Both the position numbers and the translations under genes were made by a program. Of a stretch of DNA of 64,000 bases, positions 40,006 through 50,374 are shown piece after piece. Position 1 is the stretch's first letter. Every line of letters begins with the position of its first letter. The DNA lies in IMG/VR virus record IMGVR_UViG_3300032307_000369, positions 181,551-245,550 of that record; one strand, given 5' to 3'. Below the pieces are notes generated by a model, which worked only from the letters and a program-made list of their open reading frames with translations, was not told the DNA's origin and searched no databases.

Positions 40006-40404
40006 ATGCTACACGAAATCAATGACGGAGAATTCGCAACATATATTGTTGTTGAGAGGAAAGTTAAAGACGAATATACTGCAAGAAAAGTACAAAAAGA
40101 TAGACGTAAATTGCAAATATGGTTAGATGCATTATTAAGTGATCGCCATGTTATTATCTTCTATAAAGACGGTATTGAAGAAAAAATGTTTGTGGGTAGT
40201 AAAAAAGAAATGTTTGGTGAACTACCAACAACTCCTATGAATATTGACATTGTTAATAACAAAGTAAAATTACAAAGCTATTACTGCACTTGTTTTGAAG
40301 TTCCCAATAGAACTCCTGTTGCTGTACATGTTGATTCTGTGACTAAATTTATTGTTAAGCAAGAAGGATTATCAGAACTCAGTTCAAGGATTAGATTTAT
40401 ATGA
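40006..40404 (+). CDS. Hypothetical protein (weak resemblance to phage WYL/Sm-like proteins)
   Basis: IIFYKDG..KM ... HVDSV pattern only; the ORF is coupled to its neighbours. Confidence 0.4.
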   Translation: MLHEINDGEFATYIVVERKVKDEYTARKVQKDRRKLQIWLDALLSDRHVIIFYKDGIEEKMFVGSKKEMFGELPTTPMNIDIVNNKVKLQSYYCTCFEVPNRTPVAVHVDSVTKFIVKQEGLSELSSRIRFI

Positions 40405-40985
40405 TTGAAAACGATTTTATTGGGGTATACGACCAAGCGTTGACCAAGGAAGAGTGTGATGAAATCATACGCTACTTTGAAGAGATGAAAAAATTAAACT
40501 TAGTATTTGACCGCCAAAGTTTAAAAGACGGACATGCCCACGAAAAACAAGATGAAACTTGTTTTCCTATGGAACTAGATGAGTTCTATGTTGACAAAAC
40601 TCATCCAACTCTTAAATTATTTTTTGATAAATTTTGGCCATGCTACGAAGAATATGTAAAAAAATACAGTGTGTTAGCAACATCGGTCAAACACGGATCA
40701 CTTGGTATTAGAGTTCAAAAAACCCCAATTGGTGGCGGGTACCATCCTTGGCATTACGAAAATGATGGAAGATTGTCATCATCACGTGTCATAGCATTTA
40801 TGCTATACCTTAACACTGTTACTATTGGTGGTGAGACAGAATTTTTATATCAGCACAAACGAGTCAGTCCAACGCAAGGTAGAGTAGTAATTTGGCCCGC
40901 AGGATTTACGCATACTCATAGAGGAAACCCTCCATTAAGCGGTGAAAAATATATTGTCACTGGTTGGTTAGAGTGGATGGCTTAA
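40401..40985 (+). CDS. 2OG-Fe(II) oxygenase, prolyl-4-hydroxylase-like
   Basis: GGYHPWHYE, R....MLYLN.V..GGETEF, WPAGFTHTHRG.PP and KYIVTGW. Confidence 0.9.
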   Translation: MIENDFIGVYDQALTKEECDEIIRYFEEMKKLNLVFDRQSLKDGHAHEKQDETCFPMELDEFYVDKTHPTLKLFFDKFWPCYEEYVKKYSVLATSVKHGSLGIRVQKTPIGGGYHPWHYENDGRLSSSRVIAFMLYLNTVTIGGETEFLYQHKRVSPTQGRVVIWPAGFTHTHRGNPPLSGEKYIVTGWLEWMA

Positions 40986-42856
40986 TTGACAATCATTATC
41001 ATGCCACGCATTGTAGTATGGTATTGACAATTATAGTATAATTCATCAGGAGCATCCATAGGCACAACAAATGTGATAGTGCCGTTATCTGTTCCGTTAT
41101 TACCTACACCATAATATGCATCAACAGATCCTAATGTTAGCGTAGTTTTGATCCAAAATGGATGTCCCACAGCATTAATGTTGAACACATATCGCTGACC
41201 TCTAGTTAAGGTAAACATTGGATTAATACCTGATACACCTCCACTAAAGACATAATTTCCTGATCCGTTGTTTGTAACATTAAATGCAACTGGCGCAGGA
41301 TTTGTGTAGCCCACTTCTGTGGTTACTTCATACACAACGCTTCTATTAAATGGCTGACGTAAAAATCTATTAGGAGCAGATTGCAAACTTTGTACGTCTG
41401 TGTATCCTCCGCCAGTATCACTTAATCTACCAGTTCTGGCAATGGTCTGTACCCAAGTTCTAACTTTTGCAGGAGTCCAATTTTTTCTACTTTGTAACAT
41501 ACATGCAACAACGCCTGCAACTTGTGGACCTGCCATACTAGTGCCGCTAGATTTGACAGATTTAAAGTTACTATCTGTTGGGTAATCAACTGACCCTGAA
41601 TCAAATAAGGAACCAACAGCTGCCGCACTGATAATATTTTCTCCAGGAGCAAATACGTCTACTCTTGGGCCACAGCAACTGAAAAAACTTTTACCTTCTG
41701 GATTAGCTGATTTTACAGAACCAACACTTATTACGCCTGAAGTTGAACTAGGAGTGGAACCTCTATGATAATATATTGTTCCGTTAACTGTACTGGTATA
41801 GCTGTTATTATAATCAGTTCCTGTAGGTATATCTATTTTGTGAGCATCGTTTCCAGCAGAGCCTACTAGTATGACCCCTGCATCTATACAATCTGCAATA
41901 TCAGCGTCTACAGAAGCAACTCTAACAGGGTGAATATAAACAAAGTTTGGGCTTACTCCAGTTCTATTGTATAATGTTTGAATCATACCATAAGCACTGA
42001 CCATACTGGATCCAGTCCATGGAGTACCACGATATGATCCGCCATTTATATTAGTATACGAATTAAAATAACCCCAACTCATATTGACCACTGTAGGTCT
42101 TCTTGCACCATCAAGAGCATTTACTGGCTTACTTAGATGCCAAGCTCGTATCATGTTGAAGCTAGCACTAACACCAAATGCATCAGTATCAAATATTTTG
42201 ATAGCATATATATTGGCTTCTTTAGCCCAACCATATAATCTTCCTGCAACAGTTCCAGCACAATGTGTTCCATGACCTTCTTGGTCAGTATAATGACTTG
42301 AACCTTGTGTATAAGTTCCAGTTAATCCGCTAATTCCAGGCCAATTTACCTGTTGAAATCTAGAGGCTGTGCCTTCTAAATTAAGCCATTCTGGATGAGT
42401 AGGATCAATACCACTGTCTTGGATTACTACATCAACACCATTTCCACTTAAAGAATATGCATGTTGAAAATTCAATGTTGTTGTAGTGTAAGGATTTGTT
42501 GCGGCGACACAAGCAGGAAACGCCCAATTATAATGTGAGGAGTCCACAGTTATTGATTTGTCGTAAACCCTAGAGTCTTCTAATATATGAGGTTTTAAAA
42601 AGATATTATTTTCTTGCTTTGTTCCATATCTAACATCAATAATTCTTGGATCGCCTTTTAATGTTTCTGCTTCTAACCTAGTTAATACAAAATCAACATT
42701 ACGCAAGCTGTCTATTTTTTCATTATATAATTCTACAGGTCTATTGGGCATGAATTCGTTATGATTTTTGCCACTGACCATGTCCTCAATAAATGCGTCA
42801 ACGTCTACACCTTTATGTAGAGTGACAACTGCTTTGTTTGTATCTTCTGTACTCAT
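40982..42856 (-). CDS. Subtilisin-like (S8) serine protease with C-terminal cupredoxin-like domain
   Basis: Catalytic triad motifs QDSG, HGTHCAGT and SGTSMAGP; oxyanion SAGN; N-terminal propeptide-like region; C-terminal GHPF...YYNCQYHTTMRG. Confidence 0.9.
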   Translation of the reverse strand: MSTEDTNKAVVTLHKGVDVDAFIEDMVSGKNHNEFMPNRPVELYNEKIDSLRNVDFVLTRLEAETLKGDPRIIDVRYGTKQENNIFLKPHILEDSRVYDKSITVDSSHYNWAFPACVAATNPYTTTTLNFQHAYSLSGNGVDVVIQDSGIDPTHPEWLNLEGTASRFQQVNWPGISGLTGTYTQGSSHYTDQEGHGTHCAGTVAGRLYGWAKEANIYAIKIFDTDAFGVSASFNMIRAWHLSKPVNALDGARRPTVVNMSWGYFNSYTNINGGSYRGTPWTGSSMVSAYGMIQTLYNRTGVSPNFVYIHPVRVASVDADIADCIDAGVILVGSAGNDAHKIDIPTGTDYNNSYTSTVNGTIYYHRGSTPSSTSGVISVGSVKSANPEGKSFFSCCGPRVDVFAPGENIISAAAVGSLFDSGSVDYPTDSNFKSVKSSGTSMAGPQVAGVVACMLQSRKNWTPAKVRTWVQTIARTGRLSDTGGGYTDVQSLQSAPNRFLRQPFNRSVVYEVTTEVGYTNPAPVAFNVTNNGSGNYVFSGGVSGINPMFTLTRGQRYVFNINAVGHPFWIKTTLTLGSVDAYYGVGNNGTDNGTITFVVPMDAPDELYYNCQYHTTMRGMIMIVN

Positions 42857-42858
42857 TT

Positions 42859-43956
42859 TTAAATTCCTGTTGTATCCGCGTTGTAGAAAAAGTATCCAGT
42901 ACCATCACTTGTTGTGGCAATTCCTGGACCACTAAATGAAAATGTTATGAAGGCAGCTCCTACACCATTTCCGTATAATACTCTAACTGGATAGTATGTA
43001 CCAGCTGTCAATTGTATATTCCCACTTGTGACTGTACCAGTATTAAATGTGGCAAACACATTGGCATTGCCAGTAGTATAACCACTAACGGCATTGTTAC
43101 CAATCCAAAAATAACTGCCATCATCAGATGCTAGTCTAAAATTATAAATTCCAGTTGTTGGTGCTAGGAAGTAACCTACCCATTGGTAGCTGATGTTATC
43201 ACCAATTGACGGATAATTAACTGCGTTAGTTGCACCTTCTGCCGTAGGGGCGGTCATGTAATTCACGTTTTCGTTATGATAACCCAGTTGATATGATTGA
43301 TATAATCCTGCAATTGGATATATGGTTCCTCGTATTTGCATCCAATCAATTCTAAAATCGTCAACGGCTGTGGCTCCAAAATCAAATCTAATACCAGTAA
43401 TGGTATTATTGGTCCAGTCAGTGCCTCCAGCTGTTAAATTTCTATTATCAATGATCATGTATTGATAGTCAACCCCGTTCCATGTTGGTTGAGTGTAAAC
43501 GTTTCTAAATGAATTTGACTCACCATGACCACCAGTTGTGTAGTAGAATGTACCGTCCCATCCAGTGCCTCCAGTTCTAAGTAATGAAACTTCAACATAT
43601 GGATATCTACTGCCATCAAAACTCAAACCTGTTCTTCTAAGCTGGGGATCAACTGTTGTGGCATCTAAAGTTGAATATGTTGAACCAGATGCAGTCAAAG
43701 TAGCATTAGTGGTAGTAAAGGATTGATTAGTTGCGCCAAAATCAAAAACAATACCAGGACCAGCAGTTGTAACTCCTACTGGCACAATTGCATTGCTTTT
43801 TCCATAGCCATCAGCAGCCAATCGTATGGCTCCTGCACCAACTCCATATAGAGTTCTAACAGATGCTTGTCCTAAAGATATTTGTGTAGTGCCAGTAAGT
43901 CCTAGCTCTACGTTAATATCACTAAAGTCTATTTGTCCGTTTGCTGGTAATGGCAT
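42859..43956 (-). CDS. Fibre-tip adhesin with PA14/GLEYA-like domain
   Basis: N-terminal MPLP..G.I...DIN.ELG...YGKS cap; C-terminal WVGYFLAPTTG.YNF.LASDDGSY.WI...L.AG.YYPVR. Confidence 0.8.
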   Translation of the reverse strand: MPLPANGQIDFSDINVELGLTGTTQISLGQASVRTLYGVGAGAIRLAADGYGKSNAIVPVGVTTAGPGIVFDFGATNQSFTTTNATLTASGSTYSTLDATTVDPQLRRTGLSFDGSRYPYVEVSLLRTGGTGWDGTFYYTTGGHGESNSFRNVYTQPTWNGVDYQYMIIDNRNLTAGGTDWTNNTITGIRFDFGATAVDDFRIDWMQIRGTIYPIAGLYQSYQLGYHNENVNYMTAPTAEGATNAVNYPSIGDNISYQWVGYFLAPTTGIYNFRLASDDGSYFWIGNNAVSGYTTGNANVFATFNTGTVTSGNIQLTAGTYYPVRVLYGNGVGAAFITFSFSGPGIATTSDGTGYFFYNADTTGI

Positions 43957-43957
43957 G

Positions 43958-46900
43958 TTAACCTAACTTCTTTTTAATTTCGTCAACTTGATCTGCTAGC
44001 TCATTAATTGCTTGAATAATCAAACCAGCCATTTTTTCATACTTGACCGCTTTATGTCCGTCTGGACGTGTGGCAACTACCTCTGGTAGTACTACTTCAA
44101 CATCTTGTGCAATCACACCAGTGTCATGTTTGCGCACAAAATAATCATCTTCGCCTCCACGACGTTCAACTTCTTCGTCAGTCCAATCAAACATAACACC
44201 AGTAATTTGTCTTAGTTTTCCCAATGCATTTTCAATTGGTTGAATATTTTCTTTTAGATTTCTGTCTGAAGAAAAGTATGCAGTGATTTCGTTTGTAGCA
44301 CGGATTTCACCAGTAGTAGAACTAGCCGCTGTGCCTACTCCAAGTGAACTATATTGTGGATAGGCAGAACCACTTAACGATGCAGTTGCACTTTCTGATA
44401 AACGCAATCTTACTCCATTGCAGAAATTAAATGTACCATCGTCGCCATTACGTACACACAACAATATCCATGTATGAGGTACTTCTAATGCCGATGTATA
44501 ACTAGCAACTCTAAAGTTTGCTGCCGTACTAGTAAAAGTACTTCCTGTTGGAAGAATATAATACAATGCTTCCCATGCGGCTAGTGGAACTCCTGCCGCA
44601 GTGGCTGTTTTATTTGCCGCTCCACCAACACCAGTTACAGTGCCACTGGTAGGACAGGTAATATCAAAATAACCAGCAGTGCTGAATGTTGCGCCAAAAC
44701 CGTTGGAAATAACAATAAATCTAGTAGCCCATAATACGCTTCCAGTAGAATTGACAGTGATTGCTCCTCCACCACTAACATTAAAGCCTGCTTTGATGCT
44801 TGCTGAATATGTGGCTTGCACAATGCCATTGTATTGAGTTGCAGTTGTAGCAGTTCCCGATAACGTTCCAACAGTCAGCGTGTTTGTATTTGGATTATAT
44901 GTAAATTCTGCCGCACTGTCTTGTAATAGACCATAGTTGCCAGTAGTTGATACAGTTGTATTAGCAAATGGAACTTTGAAAGCACTGTTAGTATTTGATG
45001 CTGTTAATGCAACGTTTGTTGCGTTGGTTGCAGTTGTGGCTGTAGAAGAAGTGACTCCAGTTAAGTTAGCACCATTTCCATAAAAAGCGTTGGCATATAT
45101 GTTACCAGTCACGCCCATACCACCAGTAACACGCAATGTGCCTGTGCTAGTACTTGTTGCCGCACTATTTTGCGTAAACGAAATTGTACCAGACGCAGTT
45201 AATGCGTTACCAAAATTTACTGCACCGCCTACACCTAACCCACCAGTGACTGTTAATGCACCAGTATTTGTACTAGAACTTGCAGTATTATTTGTAAAAT
45301 TAGTAATTCCTGAAACGTTACCACCAGCAAAAGTTTGCGCAATTACACCAGTTAAGTTTGCACCACTACCGTAAAACCCAGTAGCGTACACATCACCAGC
45401 AACTCCTAAGCCGCCGTCTACAATTAATGCTCCAGTACTTGTTGAACTGCTTGCATCAGTGTTTGTTATTTCAATAGCGCCAGCATGTGTTAGTTTACCA
45501 GTACTTGCCCATTGTGCTCTTATGTTTCCTTGTCCATCAGCAATAATAATATTATTGTCGGATGTGGCAATACTTGTGCCGTCATACATACCTAGAATCA
45601 AGTTGTTACTACCAGTAGTAATTGCACTACCTGAGCCACTTCCAACTGTGGTATTCTGAATACCAGTCACATTTAATAAACTATTGTAACCTATACTTGT
45701 GTTGTGATCACCAGTCGCACCAACTGATTGTGAAAATGTACCAACCGCAACGTTAGTTGACCCTTCATTAGCTTTAAGAACATCAGTACCAATAGCAACG
45801 TTTGAACCACCACCTGTTTTAGCACCCATGGCATTATAGCCAATAGACACGTTATTGTTAGTAGTAGTAAGCTGACCTTGGTTACTATAACCAATTGCAA
45901 TATTATTTTGTCCACCAATGTTTGAACCTAATGGAGCATTTACTCCTGATCCACCACCAATGGCCACGTTGGTATCATAGTTTTGACCGCCAGCACCAAA
46001 AGCAATACCGCCAGATTTAAATGTTCCGCCAACGTTCAAGTTACCTTGAACACCCATACCACCAACAACACGTATGGCACCAGTGGTTGTACTAGTACTA
46101 GGAGTCACGTTGTTAACAACCAATGTTCCAGTAATTGTACCACCATTATAACTACCGCTAGCACTGGTCAATACTGGACTGCCAGCCACATAAATTGTGC
46201 CGCCAAAATATCCATCGCCACCTACACCAATACCACCGCCAACAATTAAGGCACCAGTTGTCGTACTAGTACTGGCTGTTACCGCTTGAATTTGAATAGC
46301 GTTTGGAACTGCACCACCCGCAAATTGACTACTAGCCGCATCAACGTATGCTTTGTTAACAGCATCTGTACTTTCAGTTGGACTGGCTACGTTAACAATT
46401 TTACTGCCACTAACGTTAACCTCGCCAGGAGCATCAATAATAAAATCACTACCGCTGGTAAATTTAAGTGCGCCGGTGGTGTCATCAAATAGTGTTTTAA
46501 CTTTTAACTTACCACTAACTATTAGATCATTGCCTACAGTGATGTCATTATAAACGGCTAGGTTATTACCAACTGTTGCATTAGACACTGTAGAAAACAA
46601 TCCAGTAACTTGTGCATTTGTAGCAGTTAATTTGTTAGTTGCTGGGTCCCATGTTAAATCAGATGACGTGTCATCAACTACTGTTCCACTAGCAGTATAA
46701 TAGGCTAATCTATTAACAACACCAGAACTTACTGTTCCACTAGCACTTAAATCTAAACTACCAATTTCTGTGTCAACATAAGTTTTAACTGCTTTTTCGG
46801 TTGGTACTGCCGCATCACTATTACCTGCTAGTGTTCCGTCAATACTAAATTCACTAACTGTCGCACCTTGTGCAAATCCTAAACTGGTAATTGTAATACT

Positions 46901-47311
46901 GGCATTTAAACTGCCAGTAACTGTTAGGTTTTGTGCTGTAAGTGTTCCTGTTGCATCATTCCAAGTTAATGCGGCACTAGTTCCTGATGTAATACCTTGA
47001 GCATTATAGTAAGCAACACGTCCAGGACTTCCTGTACCTAATGGCAAGTTAGTCAGTTGACTACCATCACCAACAAAACTTTGCGCGGTGATTGTTCCGC
47101 TAGCATTTACGGTTCCTGTGTTTATTCCAGGAGTAGTGACCGACCCTGCAGATAAAGGACCAGTAATAGTAGCACTGGTAGAAGTAATTGATGAAAAAGT
47201 AGGACTGTTATTTGGTCTTAAATCCCAAGTGGTGCCATTCCATTCCCAGGTTGTTGTACCAGAAGTATATGTTTGATTTAGTGTTGGACTTAGTGGAAAA
47301 TTAACTGGCAT
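43958..47311 (-). CDS. Tail/neck fibre with S74 intramolecular chaperone
   Basis: S.STTTGAL.V.GG.GV repeats, N.A.G repeats and DAVNKAYVD; C-terminal SSDRNLKENI...GVIAQDV...V.YEK. Confidence 0.85.
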   Translation of the reverse strand: MPVNFPLSPTLNQTYTSGTTTWEWNGTTWDLRPNNSPTFSSITSTSATITGPLSAGSVTTPGINTGTVNASGTITAQSFVGDGSQLTNLPLGTGSPGRVAYYNAQGITSGTSAALTWNDATGTLTAQNLTVTGSLNASITITSLGFAQGATVSEFSIDGTLAGNSDAAVPTEKAVKTYVDTEIGSLDLSASGTVSSGVVNRLAYYTASGTVVDDTSSDLTWDPATNKLTATNAQVTGLFSTVSNATVGNNLAVYNDITVGNDLIVSGKLKVKTLFDDTTGALKFTSGSDFIIDAPGEVNVSGSKIVNVASPTESTDAVNKAYVDAASSQFAGGAVPNAIQIQAVTASTSTTTGALIVGGGIGVGGDGYFGGTIYVAGSPVLTSASGSYNGGTITGTLVVNNVTPSTSTTTGAIRVVGGMGVQGNLNVGGTFKSGGIAFGAGGQNYDTNVAIGGGSGVNAPLGSNIGGQNNIAIGYSNQGQLTTTNNNVSIGYNAMGAKTGGGSNVAIGTDVLKANEGSTNVAVGTFSQSVGATGDHNTSIGYNSLLNVTGIQNTTVGSGSGSAITTGSNNLILGMYDGTSIATSDNNIIIADGQGNIRAQWASTGKLTHAGAIEITNTDASSSTSTGALIVDGGLGVAGDVYATGFYGSGANLTGVIAQTFAGGNVSGITNFTNNTASSSTNTGALTVTGGLGVGGAVNFGNALTASGTISFTQNSAATSTSTGTLRVTGGMGVTGNIYANAFYGNGANLTGVTSSTATTATNATNVALTASNTNSAFKVPFANTTVSTTGNYGLLQDSAAEFTYNPNTNTLTVGTLSGTATTATQYNGIVQATYSASIKAGFNVSGGGAITVNSTGSVLWATRFIVISNGFGATFSTAGYFDITCPTSGTVTGVGGAANKTATAAGVPLAAWEALYYILPTGSTFTSTAANFRVASYTSALEVPHTWILLCVRNGDDGTFNFCNGVRLRLSESATASLSGSAYPQYSSLGVGTAASSTTGEIRATNEITAYFSSDRNLKENIQPIENALGKLRQITGVMFDWTDEEVERRGGEDDYFVRKHDTGVIAQDVEVVLPEVVATRPDGHKAVKYEKMAGLIIQAINELADQVDEIKKKLG

Positions 47312-47312
47312 C

Positions 47313-47582
47313 TTATTCTCCTAAATCCGCAACATTTACCACATGCACTCTATTTTCTAAACAGCAGTTATATCCGCCGTTAATTGAATGTTGTGACTCG
47401 TCCCATAACATTTGAAAGAAATCTTCTCTTTCAAATATTCTAGTCAATTGATCCATTTTAATTGCTGTATTGGTTACAGTATTAAACAAGGTTAAATCGT
47501 ATAAGGAATTAATAGTGCCATCAGCAGACTGTCGTGTGCCGTTCTCAGTTATTGTATATTTCCATGTTCCTAATATTTGCAT
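47313..47582 (-). CDS. Hypothetical small protein in the fibre operon
   Basis: 89 aa; fills the gap exactly, with 1-nt spacing to both neighbours. Confidence 0.6.
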   Translation of the reverse strand: MQILGTWKYTITENGTRQSADGTINSLYDLTLFNTVTNTAIKMDQLTRIFEREDFFQMLWDESQHSINGGYNCCLENRVHVVNVADLGE

Positions 47583-47583
47583 T

Positions 47584-50343
47584 TTAATATCCTACCACGA
47601 AAGAGTTATTACCAGCACCACCAATTCCCATTATTGAATAATGTTTTGTTGTTTGTGGTAAAATTGTAAATGTTTGGCTAGTTGTTGGAGTCATTGTTGC
47701 ATTAGTTCCGCCCTGTAAAGTTAGCGTGGTATTTGAACCTGACACACTTGCTGTTACATACAGTTTGGTTTCTACACCAGGGATAACATTCGTTAATGTT
47801 ATAGTTGCTGATGTACTAGATAGATTAAAATGGAACGCCCTAGCTGTTCTACAATCAATAGTAGTAGTACCACTAGTGTCAATTTCGTTAGCAGGCTCAA
47901 TATAAATGTTTCCAACCATTGCTGGGTGCAACGTACAAATATACTGATAACGTCCTACAGTGTCTCTAGGAATTTGCCAATATAAAGTACCACTTATTTT
48001 TGCTTGAGCTGAAGCACCTGTTGATACAGTGCCATCTCTTGTAATATGCACTAGACCTAAATTGTAATTTGAACCTGCTTGATCAAGAATTGCAAATGGA
48101 TGTGTCCCTTGCATTGTGTTCAAATTAAATGCAATAGTCTGACCAGCTTTAAAATATAAAGTTGGATTATCAGTTGTACCTGTAAAATTAGTAAATGTGT
48201 AGGATAATAAACTATTGTTTACTACATCTAATGATGTACTCGCTGACAATACAATTCTATCCATGGTGAATGTTGGATAATTTTTCCAACCAGTACCGTC
48301 ATAGTATAGTACTTGACCCAAACTTAAATTATTACCTACACCGCCAATTGTTACGTCGCTTAGTTCGTCTAAAGTGGTTGCACCCGTTGTGCCAGTCAAC
48401 GTTATAGTATCAGTAGTTGCATTTGTAGTAATAGTAATACCGCCTGCACCAACTAAGGTCAATGTATCAGTGGTTCCATCAGCTACTACACTAGTCTGTC
48501 CAGCAACTGCGATTGTTTCAAAACTATTACTTGCGGCACCACCTGCACCAGCATTGTCAGTTCCTGGTACCCATTGTGCTAGCGCACCGTTGTATTTTAA
48601 TACTTGTCCATCAGTTGGCGTCACTGATATTTGTACATCAGACAAATCATCTAATGTTGTAGGTACTGTAGGTATTGTTGGACCAGTAAAGGTAATAGTG
48701 TCAGTGGTTGCATTTGTGGTGATAGTGATACCACCTGCACCAACAAATGTTAAATTATCTGCTGGTATGTCAGCAGTGACTGTGGGTTGTGCTTGTACAA
48801 TAATGTTAGCAAACGTATTTTGTTGTGTAATAGTTTGCGTATTATTAATGGTTATAGTATCAGTGGCAGCATCTGTTATTAGAGAAATGTTGGTTCCTGC
48901 AACTAATGTCAATGTATCTGCACTAGAATCTGCAATTACGTTAGGCTGACCACTTACTGCAATAGTACTAAATGAAGTAGCAACTCCTGAGCCAGACAAA
49001 CTTGCACTAATACTGATTGTATTTGCATCAACTCTAGTTAGACTAACGTTAGCACCTTCTTCAAACAAAACGTTTTGGGTTGTATTGTCACTACCAGCTA
49101 GCCTTACGTTAACACCGCCAGCGGCTGGTTGTGTATTAAAAGTATATGTTGTTTGAGCAGGCACGGTCGCCGCAATAGTGATAGTGTCAGCAGTTGAATT
49201 TGAAGTTAATGATATGTTGCTACCAGCAACTAATGTCAAAGTATCTGTTGGACTATCTGCAACAACGCTTGCTTGTCCTGCAATTGATATTGTTCTAAAA
49301 CTATCGCTAGCTGAACTTCCGCTTAAATCAGGAGCATTAACCCATTGTGTCCCGTCATATTTTAAAACTTCACCATTTGTTGGTCCAGACACTGCGACAT
49401 CTGACAAACTAATTAATCTTGGATTCACAAACTGTATATTAGAACCCATATTGCGATGGTTGTAGCACCAGTAGTATAATGTTGTTGGAAAATTATTTCC
49501 AACAGTTAATTCCACAGTTCTAGTAGTAGCTCCATTAAAAGCAGTGCCATTGTACACTTGACTAGTTACGACTACACCGTCTAATTTGTAGACCACATTG
49601 GTCACAAAGGCTGTACCACCATCACGTTCGCCGTTTAATTGATCTGCGCTAAAATTTAAATTGTGTGGGTTTGGAGTTGTGCCATTAGCATTGGGAAAAT
49701 ATACGTTTGTGTCATCGCTTTGATCAAACACATAGGTATAGCCTCGTTGTAAAATCAGTGGTGACGGCTTGTACTCGCCATTAATTCTATACTTGTTGCC
49801 AATATCAGGAGCTTGAGGAGGTACTATGGTAACAACAAAGGTTACTTTTGGTGTTAAGGTAGTATCAACGGCACTACTGCCTTGTAAATCAGCACTGTTA
49901 GTCCAAAAAGCACCATTCCACTTTAATACTTGTCCAACTGACGGACTGCCTACCACGCTAACATCAGTAAGCTGTGTTAGTGCTGTTGCTCCTCCACCGC
50001 CACCTGCGCCACCCCCTGCTTGCCCAAACTGTGGCATTGCAGGTTGTACCCATTGATTGCTGTCACCGTCATCTACATAGACATACAAAACGCCAGTATT
50101 AGTATTAAACCACAAACTGCCGCTACGACTGTTTGATGGTGGAACTTGTGCTACTGCTACCCCAAGACCGCTTTTAGCGTTAGTCAAATCTGCACGTAAA
50201 AGTGGAATTCCGCCCTTAATTAAGCCGTCATAAAGCACCAATGTTTTTTGATCTGCATCGTAGTACAGATCCCCATTGTTGAATCTACTGTCTAAAAAAT
50301 CGCTGTCGTTTGGGACTAGTCTAATTGAACGTAGCGGCGTCAT
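47584..50343 (-). CDS. Repetitive fibre protein with two cupredoxin-like domains
   Basis: Four F.TI.V.GQ..V.AD...D.LT.V repeats and four L.DV......G.VL...G..W repeats; YYWCYNHRNMG and YQYICTLHPAMVG. Confidence 0.75.
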   Translation of the reverse strand: MTPLRSIRLVPNDSDFLDSRFNNGDLYYDADQKTLVLYDGLIKGGIPLLRADLTNAKSGLGVAVAQVPPSNSRSGSLWFNTNTGVLYVYVDDGDSNQWVQPAMPQFGQAGGGAGGGGGATALTQLTDVSVVGSPSVGQVLKWNGAFWTNSADLQGSSAVDTTLTPKVTFVVTIVPPQAPDIGNKYRINGEYKPSPLILQRGYTYVFDQSDDTNVYFPNANGTTPNPHNLNFSADQLNGERDGGTAFVTNVVYKLDGVVVTSQVYNGTAFNGATTRTVELTVGNNFPTTLYYWCYNHRNMGSNIQFVNPRLISLSDVAVSGPTNGEVLKYDGTQWVNAPDLSGSSASDSFRTISIAGQASVVADSPTDTLTLVAGSNISLTSNSTADTITIAATVPAQTTYTFNTQPAAGGVNVRLAGSDNTTQNVLFEEGANVSLTRVDANTISISASLSGSGVATSFSTIAVSGQPNVIADSSADTLTLVAGTNISLITDAATDTITINNTQTITQQNTFANIIVQAQPTVTADIPADNLTFVGAGGITITTNATTDTITFTGPTIPTVPTTLDDLSDVQISVTPTDGQVLKYNGALAQWVPGTDNAGAGGAASNSFETIAVAGQTSVVADGTTDTLTLVGAGGITITTNATTDTITLTGTTGATTLDELSDVTIGGVGNNLSLGQVLYYDGTGWKNYPTFTMDRIVLSASTSLDVVNNSLLSYTFTNFTGTTDNPTLYFKAGQTIAFNLNTMQGTHPFAILDQAGSNYNLGLVHITRDGTVSTGASAQAKISGTLYWQIPRDTVGRYQYICTLHPAMVGNIYIEPANEIDTSGTTTIDCRTARAFHFNLSSTSATITLTNVIPGVETKLYVTASVSGSNTTLTLQGGTNATMTPTTSQTFTILPQTTKHYSIMGIGGAGNNSFVVGY

Positions 50344-50368
50344 CTCATTTAAATCCTCTTAATAGTAC

Positions 50369-50374
50369 TATTTA
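50369..50374 (-). promoter_or_regulatory. Late promoter box TAAATA for the - strand fibre operon
   Basis: TATTTA on + strand; AGAGGA Shine-Dalgarno before ATG 50343. Confidence 0.55.

Noticed and set aside
48400-48750. Near-identical repeats differing mostly at A/G, resembling a DGR template/variable pair
   Set aside because: The differences are synonymous third positions within in-frame protein repeats (VGAGGITITTNATTDTIT), and there is no reverse transcriptase in the window.
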